Position numbers and translations under genes: made by a program. From NCBI GenBank assembly GCA_963820595.1, contig CAWGAO010000007.1, positions 1-47,070 on the forward strand: a stretch of 47,070 bases of DNA, given 5' to 3'. The notes under the pieces are model-generated. The model was not told the origin of the DNA. It was given only the letters and a program-made list of their open reading frames with translations, and ran no database searches. This document shows positions 37,948 to 47,070 of this stretch, piece by piece. The first letter of the stretch is position 1; every line of letters starts with the position of its first letter. Source of the stretch: Candidatus Tagabacteria bacterium. Its GTDB lineage: Bacteria; Patescibacteriota; Minisyncoccia; GCA-002779875.

Positions 37948-39042
37948 TTATACTCCGGTTTTTTTCTTTAATTTCGAGGCTTTGAGAGTAGGGAATTGCT
38001 TTTTTGTGGTTACTTCGTCCCATTTGCCCATTTCTTCCAATATTTCCTTGATTTTTTTCATGTCATAAACAAGCCGTTCCTGCAGGGCTTTGGTGAGATA
38101 GCCGTTTTCGCCGAAAACCCTGTCCACGCTTTCCTGTTTCATAAACTGGTATATAAGGGCCTGTATTTCGGCGATGCGTTTGTTGTTTTCCTGGTTTTTA
38201 TTTTTAAGTTCGAAATATTCCCTCACGGCCGAATTTATTTCTTCCTGGCTTTTCGGCTCGGATTTTTTCAAGTAGAAATGCTTGAACATCGGGCACATCG
38301 GCTTATATCCGCACCAGCCGCAGAGGGCGGTAGGGTAGGGGGGAAAGTCTTTTTTCTCGAGCCGGCCTTTGATTTCGCGTATCAACCCTATGACGAAAAT
38401 TTTCGTTTTTTCCAAATCTTCCTGCGAGCGGCTCGTGGTTATTTTCTCCCCGTGTTTCAGAAAATACAAACTTAATTTTATATTTCCTGGTTTGACGTGT
38501 GGCCAGCGTCGGGAAATGCCGAGATGATAAATCGACATCTGGAGATCCTTGTCGAGGTTTTCCTGCGACGGCATCCGTTTCGATGTCTTGTAATCGATTA
38601 TCTCAAAAGTTTCTTTTTCCTGGTTTTTGTCGATGCGGTCGATGATGCCCGCGAGAATGTGCTGTTCGCCGGTTTCCGGGTCGGGAATTAAAACTTCGAA
38701 TCTCGATTCAAGATCGACTACGTCGAAATTCCACGGCTGATTTTTCTTGTAAAATTTTTTCAGGATTTCTATGCCTTCTTCATGATGTGCTTTTTCCTCG
38801 TCCGCTTGGGGCTTAAGGTTGGCAACTTTATTGTCCTGCCATTGATTTTGGAAATGATCTATAACCTGGTCTACGGTGGGGTAGAGAGGACTCCGCTCAA
38901 ACATAAATTTGAGGCAGGAATGGATAATACTGCCGAATATGGCCTCGAAGCCCTTTGGAACCCTTATCCTGTCGATTTCCTGAAATTTAAATCTCAGAGG
39001 GCATTGCTGGTATGTCGTTAAAGCCGAATAAGACGTGCGCAT
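37948..39042 (-). CDS. PD-(D/E)XK nuclease, RecB/AddB C-terminal-like, with four Cys (possible Fe-S cluster)
   Basis: SYSALTTYQQCP, GSIIH, GIIDRID, EIIDYKT, QMSIY, LCGWCGYKPMC. Confidence 0.88.
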   Translation of the reverse strand: MRTSYSALTTYQQCPLRFKFQEIDRIRVPKGFEAIFGSIIHSCLKFMFERSPLYPTVDQVIDHFQNQWQDNKVANLKPQADEEKAHHEEGIEILKKFYKKNQPWNFDVVDLESRFEVLIPDPETGEQHILAGIIDRIDKNQEKETFEIIDYKTSKRMPSQENLDKDLQMSIYHLGISRRWPHVKPGNIKLSLYFLKHGEKITTSRSQEDLEKTKIFVIGLIREIKGRLEKKDFPPYPTALCGWCGYKPMCPMFKHFYLKKSEPKSQEEINSAVREYFELKNKNQENNKRIAEIQALIYQFMKQESVDRVFGENGYLTKALQERLVYDMKKIKEILEEMGKWDEVTTKKQFPTLKASKLKKKTGV

Positions 39043-39134
39043 ATATCGAGATTTTAACTTAGAAAAAATTTTTTATCCACAATATTTATTTTGTCGCCTT
39101 GATATTTTGTGCGACATTTGATATTATAAAAAAT

Positions 39135-39710
39135 ATGACAACGAATAAGTTAGACCAAAATTTGCCTTCCGGAGATTATATTACTGGATTTGTGGATGGA
39201 GAAGGTTGTTTTGCTTTAACTTTCAGAAGAGATATAAGACATGAACGAAAAGGAAAGCCTGTTTATTATAGTTGGAAGGTTTTATTTGCTATAGTATTAC
39301 GGAGAGATGATTATGAATTATTAGAAAAGATATCATTAGTTTTAGATTGTGGTGCTATTAGTTTTACTGAACCAAGAGGGAATTTTGATGGGGGAGTCAG
39401 ATATCAAGTATCAAATATAGACGACCTTAAAGAAAAAATTATCCCCTTTTTTTGTAAATATGAATTACATGGCAAGAAAAAATATGATTTCAATTTATGG
39501 GCTAAAGCAGTAGATATTCTTGGAAAATACAAATCAAAAAGAGGAAAAGTGAATATAGTAAAAGGTAAACGAGGGTTTACGAAGGTTGAATGGGAAGAAA
39601 AAGATTTACAAAAACTTTCAGAAATTAAAAATGAAATGTCCGTCTATAAAAGCAAAAAGCCCGTTCCTAAATGGTTTAATGAGTTATCTAAGGTCGGCAG
39701 GGAACTATAA
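39135..39710 (+). CDS. Single-motif LAGLIDADG homing endonuclease family protein
   Basis: YITGFVDGEGCF, IIPFF, LHGKKKYDFNLW. Confidence 0.9.
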   Translation: MTTNKLDQNLPSGDYITGFVDGEGCFALTFRRDIRHERKGKPVYYSWKVLFAIVLRRDDYELLEKISLVLDCGAISFTEPRGNFDGGVRYQVSNIDDLKEKIIPFFCKYELHGKKKYDFNLWAKAVDILGKYKSKRGKVNIVKGKRGFTKVEWEEKDLQKLSEIKNEMSVYKSKKPVPKWFNELSKVGREL

Positions 39711-39781
39711 ATTTAGCAAGATTTTCCAAGATATAGAGGTTCGCACAATAATGGTTTTGCGACCCTAGGGCTTTATTGGCT

Positions 39782-40105
39782 TTAGGGTGCTGGTGCAGGT
39801 GCTGTTTGGTTCATTTGCGGCTGGCCCTCCAAGATTGTCGGTGTTTTCCCTTCTTTTATCCGGCTGGCATTCTGTACGAATGATTGCCACAGGAGATTAT
39901 AAAAGATATTCCACAAATACTGCGCCGGCCCGGCTAGATATCTATTCCAGACAGTCTGAATTGTCTGCCGTGCGAAGGAAAGGTTGTCCTGAACACCCTG
40001 TTTTTGAAAAACGGACGTAAGACTGATACCAAAAAAACCCAAGACAATAATGGCTATAATTAAAAGGATAACGAATCCTATTAAACCAAGACCTTGATTT
40101 GTCAT
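39782..40105 (-). CDS. Hypothetical membrane protein
   Basis: MTNQGLGLIGFVILLIIAIIVLGFFGISL..., WNRYLAGPA. Confidence 0.65.
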   Translation of the reverse strand: MTNQGLGLIGFVILLIIAIIVLGFFGISLTSVFQKQGVQDNLSFARQTIQTVWNRYLAGPAQYLWNIFYNLLWQSFVQNASRIKEGKTPTILEGQPQMNQTAPAPAP

Positions 40106-40194
40106 ATTACTTATAATTATATCAAATATAGGCAAATTAGGCACTGTTGATAAATCCGGAGTAGCCTTTTCAGATTTTTTAAGCCCTATTTAAG

Positions 40195-41502
40195 CTATAA
40201 ATAAGAAAGCGGATTTAATTTGCCATTCGGCGGCACTATTGGCTGGTGCATTGTTATGCCGCCGCAAGTTGAACTTGTGCTTATGTATTTAAGGCCAGCG
40301 ATGGCCTGCGTGGCAAAAACGCCAAAATGAAGATGAGGGCCGGTGGTATAGCCGGTATTTCCGCTGTATCCGATAAGTTGGCCTGTTTCCACGCTGTCAC
40401 CCGGCGAAACCTTAATTAAAGACAAATGGGCGTAAAAAGTGCTTAAATTATTGTCGTGCTTGATTAAAACCCATTTGCCATAGCCGATTTGATATCCGCG
40501 GCAAAGACTTACGGTATTTCCGATGGCTGTAACAGTGCCTGCTTTGGCGCTTTTTATCGGCGTGCCGATAGATGCCCTTAAATCAATACCATCGTGCCCT
40601 TTTCCGCCGTAAACCTGCGGATTTTGAGTGGCAAAAGGCGTGTTGCCGAAATATTGAGTTATTACAATCGGTGAATCAATGGGCCAGATTAAAACACCAG
40701 TCCCCGCCTTTGGCAAAGAATTCGGGTCGATTTCAATGCGGATTTGCTCTTCATAGGCATTGATTTCATTTTCAAGGGCTTGCTGTTTCGCTAATTGCTC
40801 TGCCAATTGTTTTTTATATAAAGATTCCTTATTTTGTGTTTCTTTCAAAAGGCTGTTTTTTTGACTATTTTGCGATTCGACTAGCGTTTTTTGGTCCGCC
40901 AGACTGGAATTGAGATCTTCCAATTTTTTCTTTTCGGCTTCTTTTTCCGTCTCTTGGTTTTGGAGATCATTTTTCAATTCTTTCAGTTGCTCAAGGTTGA
41001 CATTGATGTTATTCTGAAGATCTTTTATCCTTTCGAGGTCGCCGAAAAAATCGGAAAAAATATTATTGGCCAAAAGAATTTCGATTAGAGACTCTGATTC
41101 CGCTTCATTCATACTCCGAATAAATTCTGCCAACGCCTTCTTACTGCTGTCGATTTCATCTTGCTTCGACTGAATGCCAAAGTTGAGATCCTCTATAATG
41201 AGATTTGCCTGGGTAATTTTTCCTTTTGTGAGTTTGATGTTCGCCTGTAATTTTTTAATTGTTGTTTCCAGTTGAGAGATTTGATTTTTCAGGTTTTTGG
41301 CGTCGCTGCCCGTTTTGTCGAGTTGTTTTTGAAGTTCGTCTATTTCCTTTTGGATTGCCGCAATTTGGGTCTTATTATCGTCAATTTTCGCCTGCAATTC
41401 GTCTACGCGCGAAGCAGAAACAGGAAAAGGCCGCGTTATGAAAACGGGTAAAATTATCAGCATAATCAAGAAACCAATAATTTTGAGATTGATATTCTTC
41501 AT
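40195..41502 (-). CDS. M23 family peptidase with long coiled coil (EnvC-like architecture)
   Basis: Signal peptide, coiled coil, HDGID, YAHLS, TGPHLHF. Confidence 0.92.
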   Translation of the reverse strand: MKNINLKIIGFLIMLIILPVFITRPFPVSASRVDELQAKIDDNKTQIAAIQKEIDELQKQLDKTGSDAKNLKNQISQLETTIKKLQANIKLTKGKITQANLIIEDLNFGIQSKQDEIDSSKKALAEFIRSMNEAESESLIEILLANNIFSDFFGDLERIKDLQNNINVNLEQLKELKNDLQNQETEKEAEKKKLEDLNSSLADQKTLVESQNSQKNSLLKETQNKESLYKKQLAEQLAKQQALENEINAYEEQIRIEIDPNSLPKAGTGVLIWPIDSPIVITQYFGNTPFATQNPQVYGGKGHDGIDLRASIGTPIKSAKAGTVTAIGNTVSLCRGYQIGYGKWVLIKHDNNLSTFYAHLSLIKVSPGDSVETGQLIGYSGNTGYTTGPHLHFGVFATQAIAGLKYISTSSTCGGITMHQPIVPPNGKLNPLSYL

Positions 41503-41512
41503 ATCAATTTGA

Positions 41513-42967
41513 TTATCTTAACAAATCTATCGCGTAACCTAACCTCTCAAGGGTTTTTTCTTTGCCGAGGATTTCCGCTATTTCGAACGGGTCCGGTGAT
41601 TTGCGCTGGCCGGTTAAAGCGACCCGAAAGGGCCACAAGACATTCCCCCGCCCTTTTTCTTCCGCATAAGGCCAAACAGCCGTTTTTATTCGTTCTTTTG
41701 CGAATTCTTTTGTTTTCAAATTCCGAAGTATATTTACTAAATTGTCAAGATGTTCTCTGACAGTTTCAGGTTTTTCTTTATCTTGCCAGAAAAGCATTGA
41801 TTTTGGAAATTTTGGTTCCGAGAAAAAATAATCGGTCCTCTCCCCTATTTCGGAAAGTTTCTGAAGTCTCGGCTGCTCCAGCGCTATAACTTTTCCAATA
41901 TATTCGTTCGCAAATTTATTTTCGGGAATTTTTAAAAACCCTTCTTTTAAAATTATATCCGCCAATTCCTCGGGAGATTTTTTGCGGATATAGATTCCGT
42001 TTAGCCAGTCCAAACGTTCGATATTGAAAACCGCACCGCCTTTTTGCACCCTGCTTAAATCAAACTTTTTAACGAGTTCTTCGAGAGAAAAAATTTCCTG
42101 TTCGGTGCCGGGATTCCAGCCGAGCAAAACGATAAAGTTAGTCAGCGCCTCGGGCAAATAGCCGGCTTTACGGTATTCGTTTACCGAAACTACGTTGTGG
42201 CGCTTGGAAAGCTTTGACCGGTCGGGACCCAAGACAAGAGGCAGATGCGCATATTGCGGCCTTTCGGTAATGCCGAGTGCGTCTTGGATTAAAATTTGTT
42301 TCGGGGTGTTTGAAATATGGTCTTCTCCTCTTATGACGTGGGAAATTTTCATTTCAAAATCGTCAATTACCACCGCAAAATTATAAAGAGGAGTGTTTTC
42401 GTCTTTCGCCAAAGCAATGTCTCCTAAAAGAGATGTGTCAAATTTAATTTTTCCCCGGATTAAATCATCGAACTCCACAATTTTCTCGGGAGTAGCCAGC
42501 CTGATTATCCCGTTTTTATTTTTTTTTATTTTTTTATTCCTGTATTTGCAGACGTGGCGCGGCGCCTCTTTATTTTTCAGTCGCTTTTGCTTTTCTTCGT
42601 CTAATTCTTCCAGAGTATGGGGACACCAAAACGCCTTACCCTCTTCTAAAAGTTTTTCAAGATATTTTTTGTAAATCGGAAGCCGACCCGATTGTTTATA
42701 AAGCTTTTCCGTCCAATTGATATTAAGCCATTTCAGGCCTTCAATAATATCTTTTTCAAAACGAGAATCGGAGCGTTCCAAGTCAGTGTCTTCGATGCGC
42801 AATATAAAATCACCGCCATTTTGTTTGGCGAATAAATAATTAAAAAGAGCGGAACGAGCTGTTCCTATATGCAGAGGGCCGGTCGGGCTTGGCGCAATGC
42901 GTGTTCTGATTCTGGCTTGACTACTTTTCCTTTTTATACTAATCTTCTTCTCAGATTTAGGGCTCAT
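41513..42967 (-). CDS. gltX: Glutamyl-tRNA synthetase
   Basis: RIAPSPTGPLHIG, LRIEDTD, IRGEDHISNT, KLSKR. Confidence 0.96.
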   Translation of the reverse strand: MSPKSEKKISIKRKSSQARIRTRIAPSPTGPLHIGTARSALFNYLFAKQNGGDFILRIEDTDLERSDSRFEKDIIEGLKWLNINWTEKLYKQSGRLPIYKKYLEKLLEEGKAFWCPHTLEELDEEKQKRLKNKEAPRHVCKYRNKKIKKNKNGIIRLATPEKIVEFDDLIRGKIKFDTSLLGDIALAKDENTPLYNFAVVIDDFEMKISHVIRGEDHISNTPKQILIQDALGITERPQYAHLPLVLGPDRSKLSKRHNVVSVNEYRKAGYLPEALTNFIVLLGWNPGTEQEIFSLEELVKKFDLSRVQKGGAVFNIERLDWLNGIYIRKKSPEELADIILKEGFLKIPENKFANEYIGKVIALEQPRLQKLSEIGERTDYFFSEPKFPKSMLFWQDKEKPETVREHLDNLVNILRNLKTKEFAKERIKTAVWPYAEEKGRGNVLWPFRVALTGQRKSPDPFEIAEILGKEKTLERLGYAIDLLR

Positions 42968-43021
42968 TGACTTAATTCTATCAAAAAATCAATAAAATCC
43001 AAAGGAAAAAGGAGGGAAAAA

Positions 43022-43186
43022 ATGTTCGCAATAGTGCTTGCATTAATAGCATCTTTTATGATCGGCCTAGGAACAAAAAATTTTCTCATAGGTGTGGGAG
43101 TATTTTTTGCGATTTTTGCACTGGAAGAGGTTATATCCAATGAGATAGAAAAATTAAAAAAATCACTAATAAATCATAAAGATTAA
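43022..43186 (+). CDS. Small membrane protein, 54 aa
   Basis: AAGGAGG SD; MFAIVLALIASFMIGLG...; terminator-like stem at ~43215-43249. Confidence 0.5.
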   Translation: MFAIVLALIASFMIGLGTKNFLIGVGVFFAIFALEEVISNEIEKLKKSLINHKD

Positions 43187-43266
43187 TAAATCCCAAAGAT
43201 TAAGCCTTTGTAAAAAAGTCTACAGCATAAAACCAGCTGTAGGCTTTTTATTTTGCAGCAAAATTT

Positions 43267-44394
43267 TTATGCGTGTTCCAGCGCCAGACTTAAGAGTTCC
43301 CGGGCGATTTTGCGGGCCGCTTTGGGTTGGGCAAAATTTTTTGTCGCTTCCTTCATGGCCTCCAATCTTTTTTTGCTTTCGAGCAGCCGTTTAATTTCCG
43401 ACAATAACAAATGGGGCGTTAGATTTGCTTCTTCTATCACTTCCGCCGCTCCGGTTCTCGCGTAGCTGTAAGCATTTTCCCGTTGGTGGTCTTGGGCTGA
43501 ATTAATCAAAGGGATTATAATGCTGGGAATTCCCCACGCGGCGATTTCGAAAATCGAACTTGCCCCGGCTCTCGAGACAATAATACTGGCGACGCTTGAA
43601 GCGTTGCGCAACGCGATGTCGTCCATATAGCCAACTGCATGATATCGGGATTTAAATTGGGATTTTTCCAAGGCCACCGATAATCTTGCCTGAACTTCCT
43701 GGATATTATTTTTTCCGCACTGGTGAATGACCTGAACAAATTTTACAAGTTCGGGAGCAATATCAAGAATATTGTCATTTACATTTTTAGAGCCTTGTGA
43801 ACCGGTATAAATAAATAATGTGGGAAGGCCTGTTTCAAGCTGGAAAACTTCTTTTGCTTCTTCGGGCGTAGAGCCGGCAACTTCTCTTCTCACGGGATTA
43901 CCCGTGAGAGCTGTTTTTTCGGCCGGAAAATATTTTACGCTTTCCGGAAATGAGATAGCGATTCTTTTTGCGAATTTAGCAGCCCATTGATTAACTCGGC
44001 CTGGCACGGCATCGGATTCGTGTATCATGACTGGAATTCCTAAAATGCGGGCGGCAAAAAGAGCAGGAAAACTTGCGTAACCACCTTTTCCGAAAACGAC
44101 ATCGGGAAATTCTCGATACATACTCCAAAAAGCTCCCCCGAGCCCGCCTGCGGTTTTGAAGGCATCCAAAATATTTTTTATCGAAAAATAGCGGCGCATC
44201 TTGCCGGTTTTCACCTGAATAAAACGAACATCTTGTTTTAATAGAACGTCAGCGTCGTAAGGAGAATCGGACATAAAAATAAACTCGATGCCGACCAGCC
44301 GCTCTTCTTCAATCAGGACTTCAAGGGCCTCGATAACGGCAATTATCGGATAAAAATGGCCGCCGGTACCTCCTCCAGTAAATAAAATTTTCAT
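43267..44394 (-). CDS. murG: Undecaprenyl-PP-MurNAc-pentapeptide GlcNAc transferase MurG
   Basis: TGGGTGGHFYP, GKGGYASFP, TGNPVR, GSQGS, SRAGA, HQRENA. Confidence 0.96.
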   Translation of the reverse strand: MKILFTGGGTGGHFYPIIAVIEALEVLIEEERLVGIEFIFMSDSPYDADVLLKQDVRFIQVKTGKMRRYFSIKNILDAFKTAGGLGGAFWSMYREFPDVVFGKGGYASFPALFAARILGIPVMIHESDAVPGRVNQWAAKFAKRIAISFPESVKYFPAEKTALTGNPVRREVAGSTPEEAKEVFQLETGLPTLFIYTGSQGSKNVNDNILDIAPELVKFVQVIHQCGKNNIQEVQARLSVALEKSQFKSRYHAVGYMDDIALRNASSVASIIVSRAGASSIFEIAAWGIPSIIIPLINSAQDHQRENAYSYARTGAAEVIEEANLTPHLLLSEIKRLLESKKRLEAMKEATKNFAQPKAARKIARELLSLALEHA

Positions 44395-44512
44395 CCCGTT
44401 AGAAGCAGGTCGCGGTCGGCGCCTGCCAATTATTATGTTGATAATTTAAACCATTATTTTTCATATTAATGATATTATATATTATTCTTATGCGACCGCG
44501 GCTTCTAACGGG
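44395..44512 (-). mobile_element. Miniature inverted-repeat element abutting the murG start codon
   Basis: Minus strand reads ATGAAT-CCCGTTAGAAGC...GCTTCTAACGGG-ATGA; paralog of 28387-28506. Confidence 0.85.
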
Positions 44513-44535
44513 ATTCATGCCAAATTTATATTTTT

Positions 44536-45633
44536 TTAAATCTTCTGATATTTGGATATATTTAATAATACTCCTACTTCAGCCAGGGTCAGCGCAAGCG
44601 CCGAGCCGCCTTGGCTGATAAATAGAAGGGGCAAGCCCGTAAGCGGGAAAATTCCCACCATTGCAGCCATGTTCATAAATGACTGGGCTATAATCAGTAT
44701 AACAATTCCCGAGCCCAAAAGTCTACCGAAATTATCCGGCGCTCTCGAAGAAACCAACAACCCTCTGTATAAAAAGAAAAGAAATAAGCCGATTAAAGCG
44801 CTGGTCCCCAAAAAGCCGAATTCTTCACCAATAATCGCAAAAATAGAATCGCCCGTCGGCTCCGGTAGGTAATTAAACTTCTGGATGCTCATTCCAAAAC
44901 CCTTGCCGAATAGGCCGCCAGAGCCGAACGCGATTTTTGCTTGTTGAGTTTGATAGCCCGAGCCTTGAAGGTCATGGGTCGGATTCATGAAAACCATTAC
45001 GCGTTCTTTTAAGTAAGGTTTTATTTGAATGATAGCGATTAATAATGCAATTGCGATTAAAGCCGTAACCGCGATTTGCTTGAATCGTCCCCCGGCTATA
45101 AAGAAAAGCGAAACAGCGGTAAATCCTATCACAATCAAGGTGCTTATGTTCGGTTCCATTATTAAAAGTATACCTACGAAGGCGATAATTATCAGAAAAG
45201 GGAAAAGCCCGAATCGAAATGAAGAAACCTCTTCTTTCCTTGAGGCAAGCCAAGATGAAAGATAGACGAGGAAGCCAAATTTGAGAAACTCTGACGGTTG
45301 GAAAAAAAGCGGCCCGAGGTTTAACCATCTTCTTGCTCCGCCGCTTTCAAAACCAACGTGCGGCGCGAACACGAGAATGGTCAGGAAAAAAGTCGTCAAA
45401 AAAATCGGAAGAGAGATTTTCCGCCACCACTGATAAGGAATGCGGCTGACGATTAAAAAAGCCAATCCCCCACCCAATAAGCCAATTAAAATTTGGTGGG
45501 ATAAGGCGCTATAGAAAGTGTTGGCTTTTTTCGCCGTCGGGCCGAGGAGCGCCGAAGCCAACATAAAAAAACCGAATAATACTAAAACTGCTACAATTCC
45601 CAAAAGAATTCTATCAGATTTTTTTTTAATCAT
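44536..45633 (-). CDS. ftsW: SEDS family peptidoglycan polymerase FtsW
   Basis: GARRWL, FQPSEFLK, YLPEPTGDSIFAIIGEEFG, LPLLFISQGGS; upstream of murG. Confidence 0.92.
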   Translation of the reverse strand: MIKKKSDRILLGIVAVLVLFGFFMLASALLGPTAKKANTFYSALSHQILIGLLGGGLAFLIVSRIPYQWWRKISLPIFLTTFFLTILVFAPHVGFESGGARRWLNLGPLFFQPSEFLKFGFLVYLSSWLASRKEEVSSFRFGLFPFLIIIAFVGILLIMEPNISTLIVIGFTAVSLFFIAGGRFKQIAVTALIAIALLIAIIQIKPYLKERVMVFMNPTHDLQGSGYQTQQAKIAFGSGGLFGKGFGMSIQKFNYLPEPTGDSIFAIIGEEFGFLGTSALIGLFLFFLYRGLLVSSRAPDNFGRLLGSGIVILIIAQSFMNMAAMVGIFPLTGLPLLFISQGGSALALTLAEVGVLLNISKYQKI

Positions 45634-45657
45634 CGTTCTAATTTTAGAAACGTGCCA

Positions 45658-47070
45658 TTAGGTCTGGTGGCGGAGAATGCGGCCCCGATTTTCGCCCGTC
45701 AAAGAATTTTCTTTAAGCGCAATGACGCCGTTTACCAAAACGTAATCTATTCCTATCGGAAACTGGTAAGGATTTATATAGCTCGTTCGGTCGTTGATTG
45801 TTTCCGGATCAAAAATTACGATATCGGCGTAGGCGCCCTTGGCGATAATTCCTCGGTCGGAAATGCCCAAAATTTTCGCCGGAAAACCGGTCATTTTATA
45901 GACAGCGTTTTCCCAGGTCAAAATCCCCTTGTCTTTAACAAGGATAGAAAATGCGCGCGGGAAGGCGCCAAAAGAACGGGGGTGAGGCAAATCCGTTTTT
46001 ACACGGTAAGTTCCGGAATATCCCACGCCGTCGGAAGCAATCATGCTGTAATCTTTTTTCGCCAAAAGTTCGATATTCTCTTCCGAGATCGCGTCGTTAA
46101 AGATAGCAACTTGAAGATCATTTACTTCCAGTAAATTTAATATAATTTCTTCGGGCGGAATTCCGGCGCTTTGGCTGAGTTCCAAAATGGTTTTTCCTAT
46201 ACCGTCCAAGTCGTGAAGCGTCGAAGCAATCGTAATTCTGTCATAATGCAAAGTAAGTTCTTTCAGGGAATCCAGGAGGTGTTTTCGTTCCTTACCTTTA
46301 ATGAGTTCTAGAATGTGTTTTTTCCCTGATTCCCTCGCCCATTCGGGCAAAAGCATATACAAATTTGAGCCCGTTCGCGTATAAGGGAAAAAATCACAAG
46401 TCATTTGCACATTTTCTTTATGGGCTTCTTCTATCATTTCCAATCCTTGGGGAAAATATGACCAAGCAGTTTTTCCAATTGCTTTAAAATGGTTAATGTG
46501 CGAATGAACCCCGGAATTTCTTGTCATTGAAAGCAGGCGGGAAATGGCGGGAAGGATATTTTTTCCTTCGTCTTCAAGATGATGGGCGGCTATCGTTTTT
46601 GCGGATTTTGCTACTTTTAGAATTTCGACAATCTCTTCATTCGTTGCCGGATGCTGATGAGCCGCTCCTAAATTTGTTGAGATTCCAAAAGCACCCTCTT
46701 TTAATGATTTTTCCGCCAAATATTGCATTTCGGCTATTTCATTATTTTGAGCGGCTCTGGACTGTTCGCCGAGAATGCCGCGGCGAAGCGTGCCATAGCC
46801 GACAAAGGTGCCGAAATTTACGCCGATTTGATGCTGTTCCAGTTCGGAAAGAAATTCCTTGACGCTTTGCCAATTAATATTGATTTTTGAAATGTCCACC
46901 CATTTTTGGATTGTCGCTATGTCTTCAGCTTTTACAAGAGGCGCGAGAGAAGAGCCGCCGTGACCGCCCAAAATAGTCGTAACGCCTTGTCGGATAAAAC
47001 TTTCCTGCGTGATTTGAGAAAAAAGAGTCCAGTGAGTGTCGGAATGCGTTGTCAAATCGATAAATCCGGG
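45658..47070 (-). CDS. N-acyl-D-amino-acid deacylase-like amidohydrolase (5' end outside window)
   Basis: PGFIDLTTHSD, QGVTTI, IASDG, PHPRSFGAFPR, GAYADIVIFD. Confidence 0.88.
   Translation of the reverse strand, partial: PGFIDLTTHSDTHWTLFSQITQESFIRQGVTTILGGHGGSSLAPLVKAEDIATIQKWVDISKININWQSVKEFLSELEQHQIGVNFGTFVGYGTLRRGILGEQSRAAQNNEIAEMQYLAEKSLKEGAFGISTNLGAAHQHPATNEEIVEILKVAKSAKTIAAHHLEDEGKNILPAISRLLSMTRNSGVHSHINHFKAIGKTAWSYFPQGLEMIEEAHKENVQMTCDFFPYTRTGSNLYMLLPEWARESGKKHILELIKGKERKHLLDSLKELTLHYDRITIASTLHDLDGIGKTILELSQSAGIPPEEIILNLLEVNDLQVAIFNDAISEENIELLAKKDYSMIASDGVGYSGTYRVKTDLPHPRSFGAFPRAFSILVKDKGILTWENAVYKMTGFPAKILGISDRGIIAKGAYADIVIFDPETINDRTSYINPYQFPIGIDYVLVNGVIALKENSLTGENRGRILRHQT

Noticed and set aside
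33642-39042. CRISPR array with a Cas4-like nuclease
   Set aside because: The repeats are separated by 0.8-2 kb of genes rather than 30-40 nt spacers, no cas1/cas2 is present, and the nuclease fits a stand-alone RecB-family protein.
190-46862. Numerous antisense and overlapping ORFs in the supplied track (e.g. 1363-1851, 2715-3173, 37996-38475, 45652-46134)
   Set aside because: They are shadows of well-supported genes on the opposite strand or in another frame, with no motifs of their own.
1-47070. DGR template/variable repeat pair inside the window
   Set aside because: By eye I found no ~100-bp repeat pair differing only at adenines and no obvious C-type-lectin target. The 28387/44395 pair differs at all base types and has indels.

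Overview
The window looks like a low-GC chromosome segment from a reduced-genome bacterium, most consistent with Patescibacteria/CPR (Parcubacteria-like); this assignment is inferred from gene content and style. The backbone is housekeeping: frr, rseP, proS, mreBCD-mrdA, greA, lysS, mraZ-rsmH-ftsL-ftsI-murF, ion transporters, rmuC, rplU, recR, dnaB, cysS, ctpA, rplI, rpmA, gltX, murG and ftsW. It starts inside a DGR-type reverse transcriptase. Many essential genes carry single-base frameshifts, often in homopolymers, which are probably sequencing errors. Five observations stand out. (1) An ~8 kb cassette array (29.8-37.7 kb) holds unrelated genes, most units with their own promoter, Shine-Dalgarno (SD) sequence and terminator, separated by repeated att-like sites that read 'LAxxDDFRTLxW' on the minus strand; no integrase is present in the window. 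(2) One cassette is a minimal graspetide (ATP-grasp RiPP) cluster. (3) Another is an operon of four tiny related HTH proteins plus a wHTH-HEPN RNase, followed by a nucleotidyltransferase-like gene. (4) A tRNA-Glu(CTC) is split in its anticodon by an inverted-repeat element that carries a second, intact tRNA-Glu(CTC). (5) Several families of miniature palindromic elements sit precisely at start codons, -35 boxes and stop codons.
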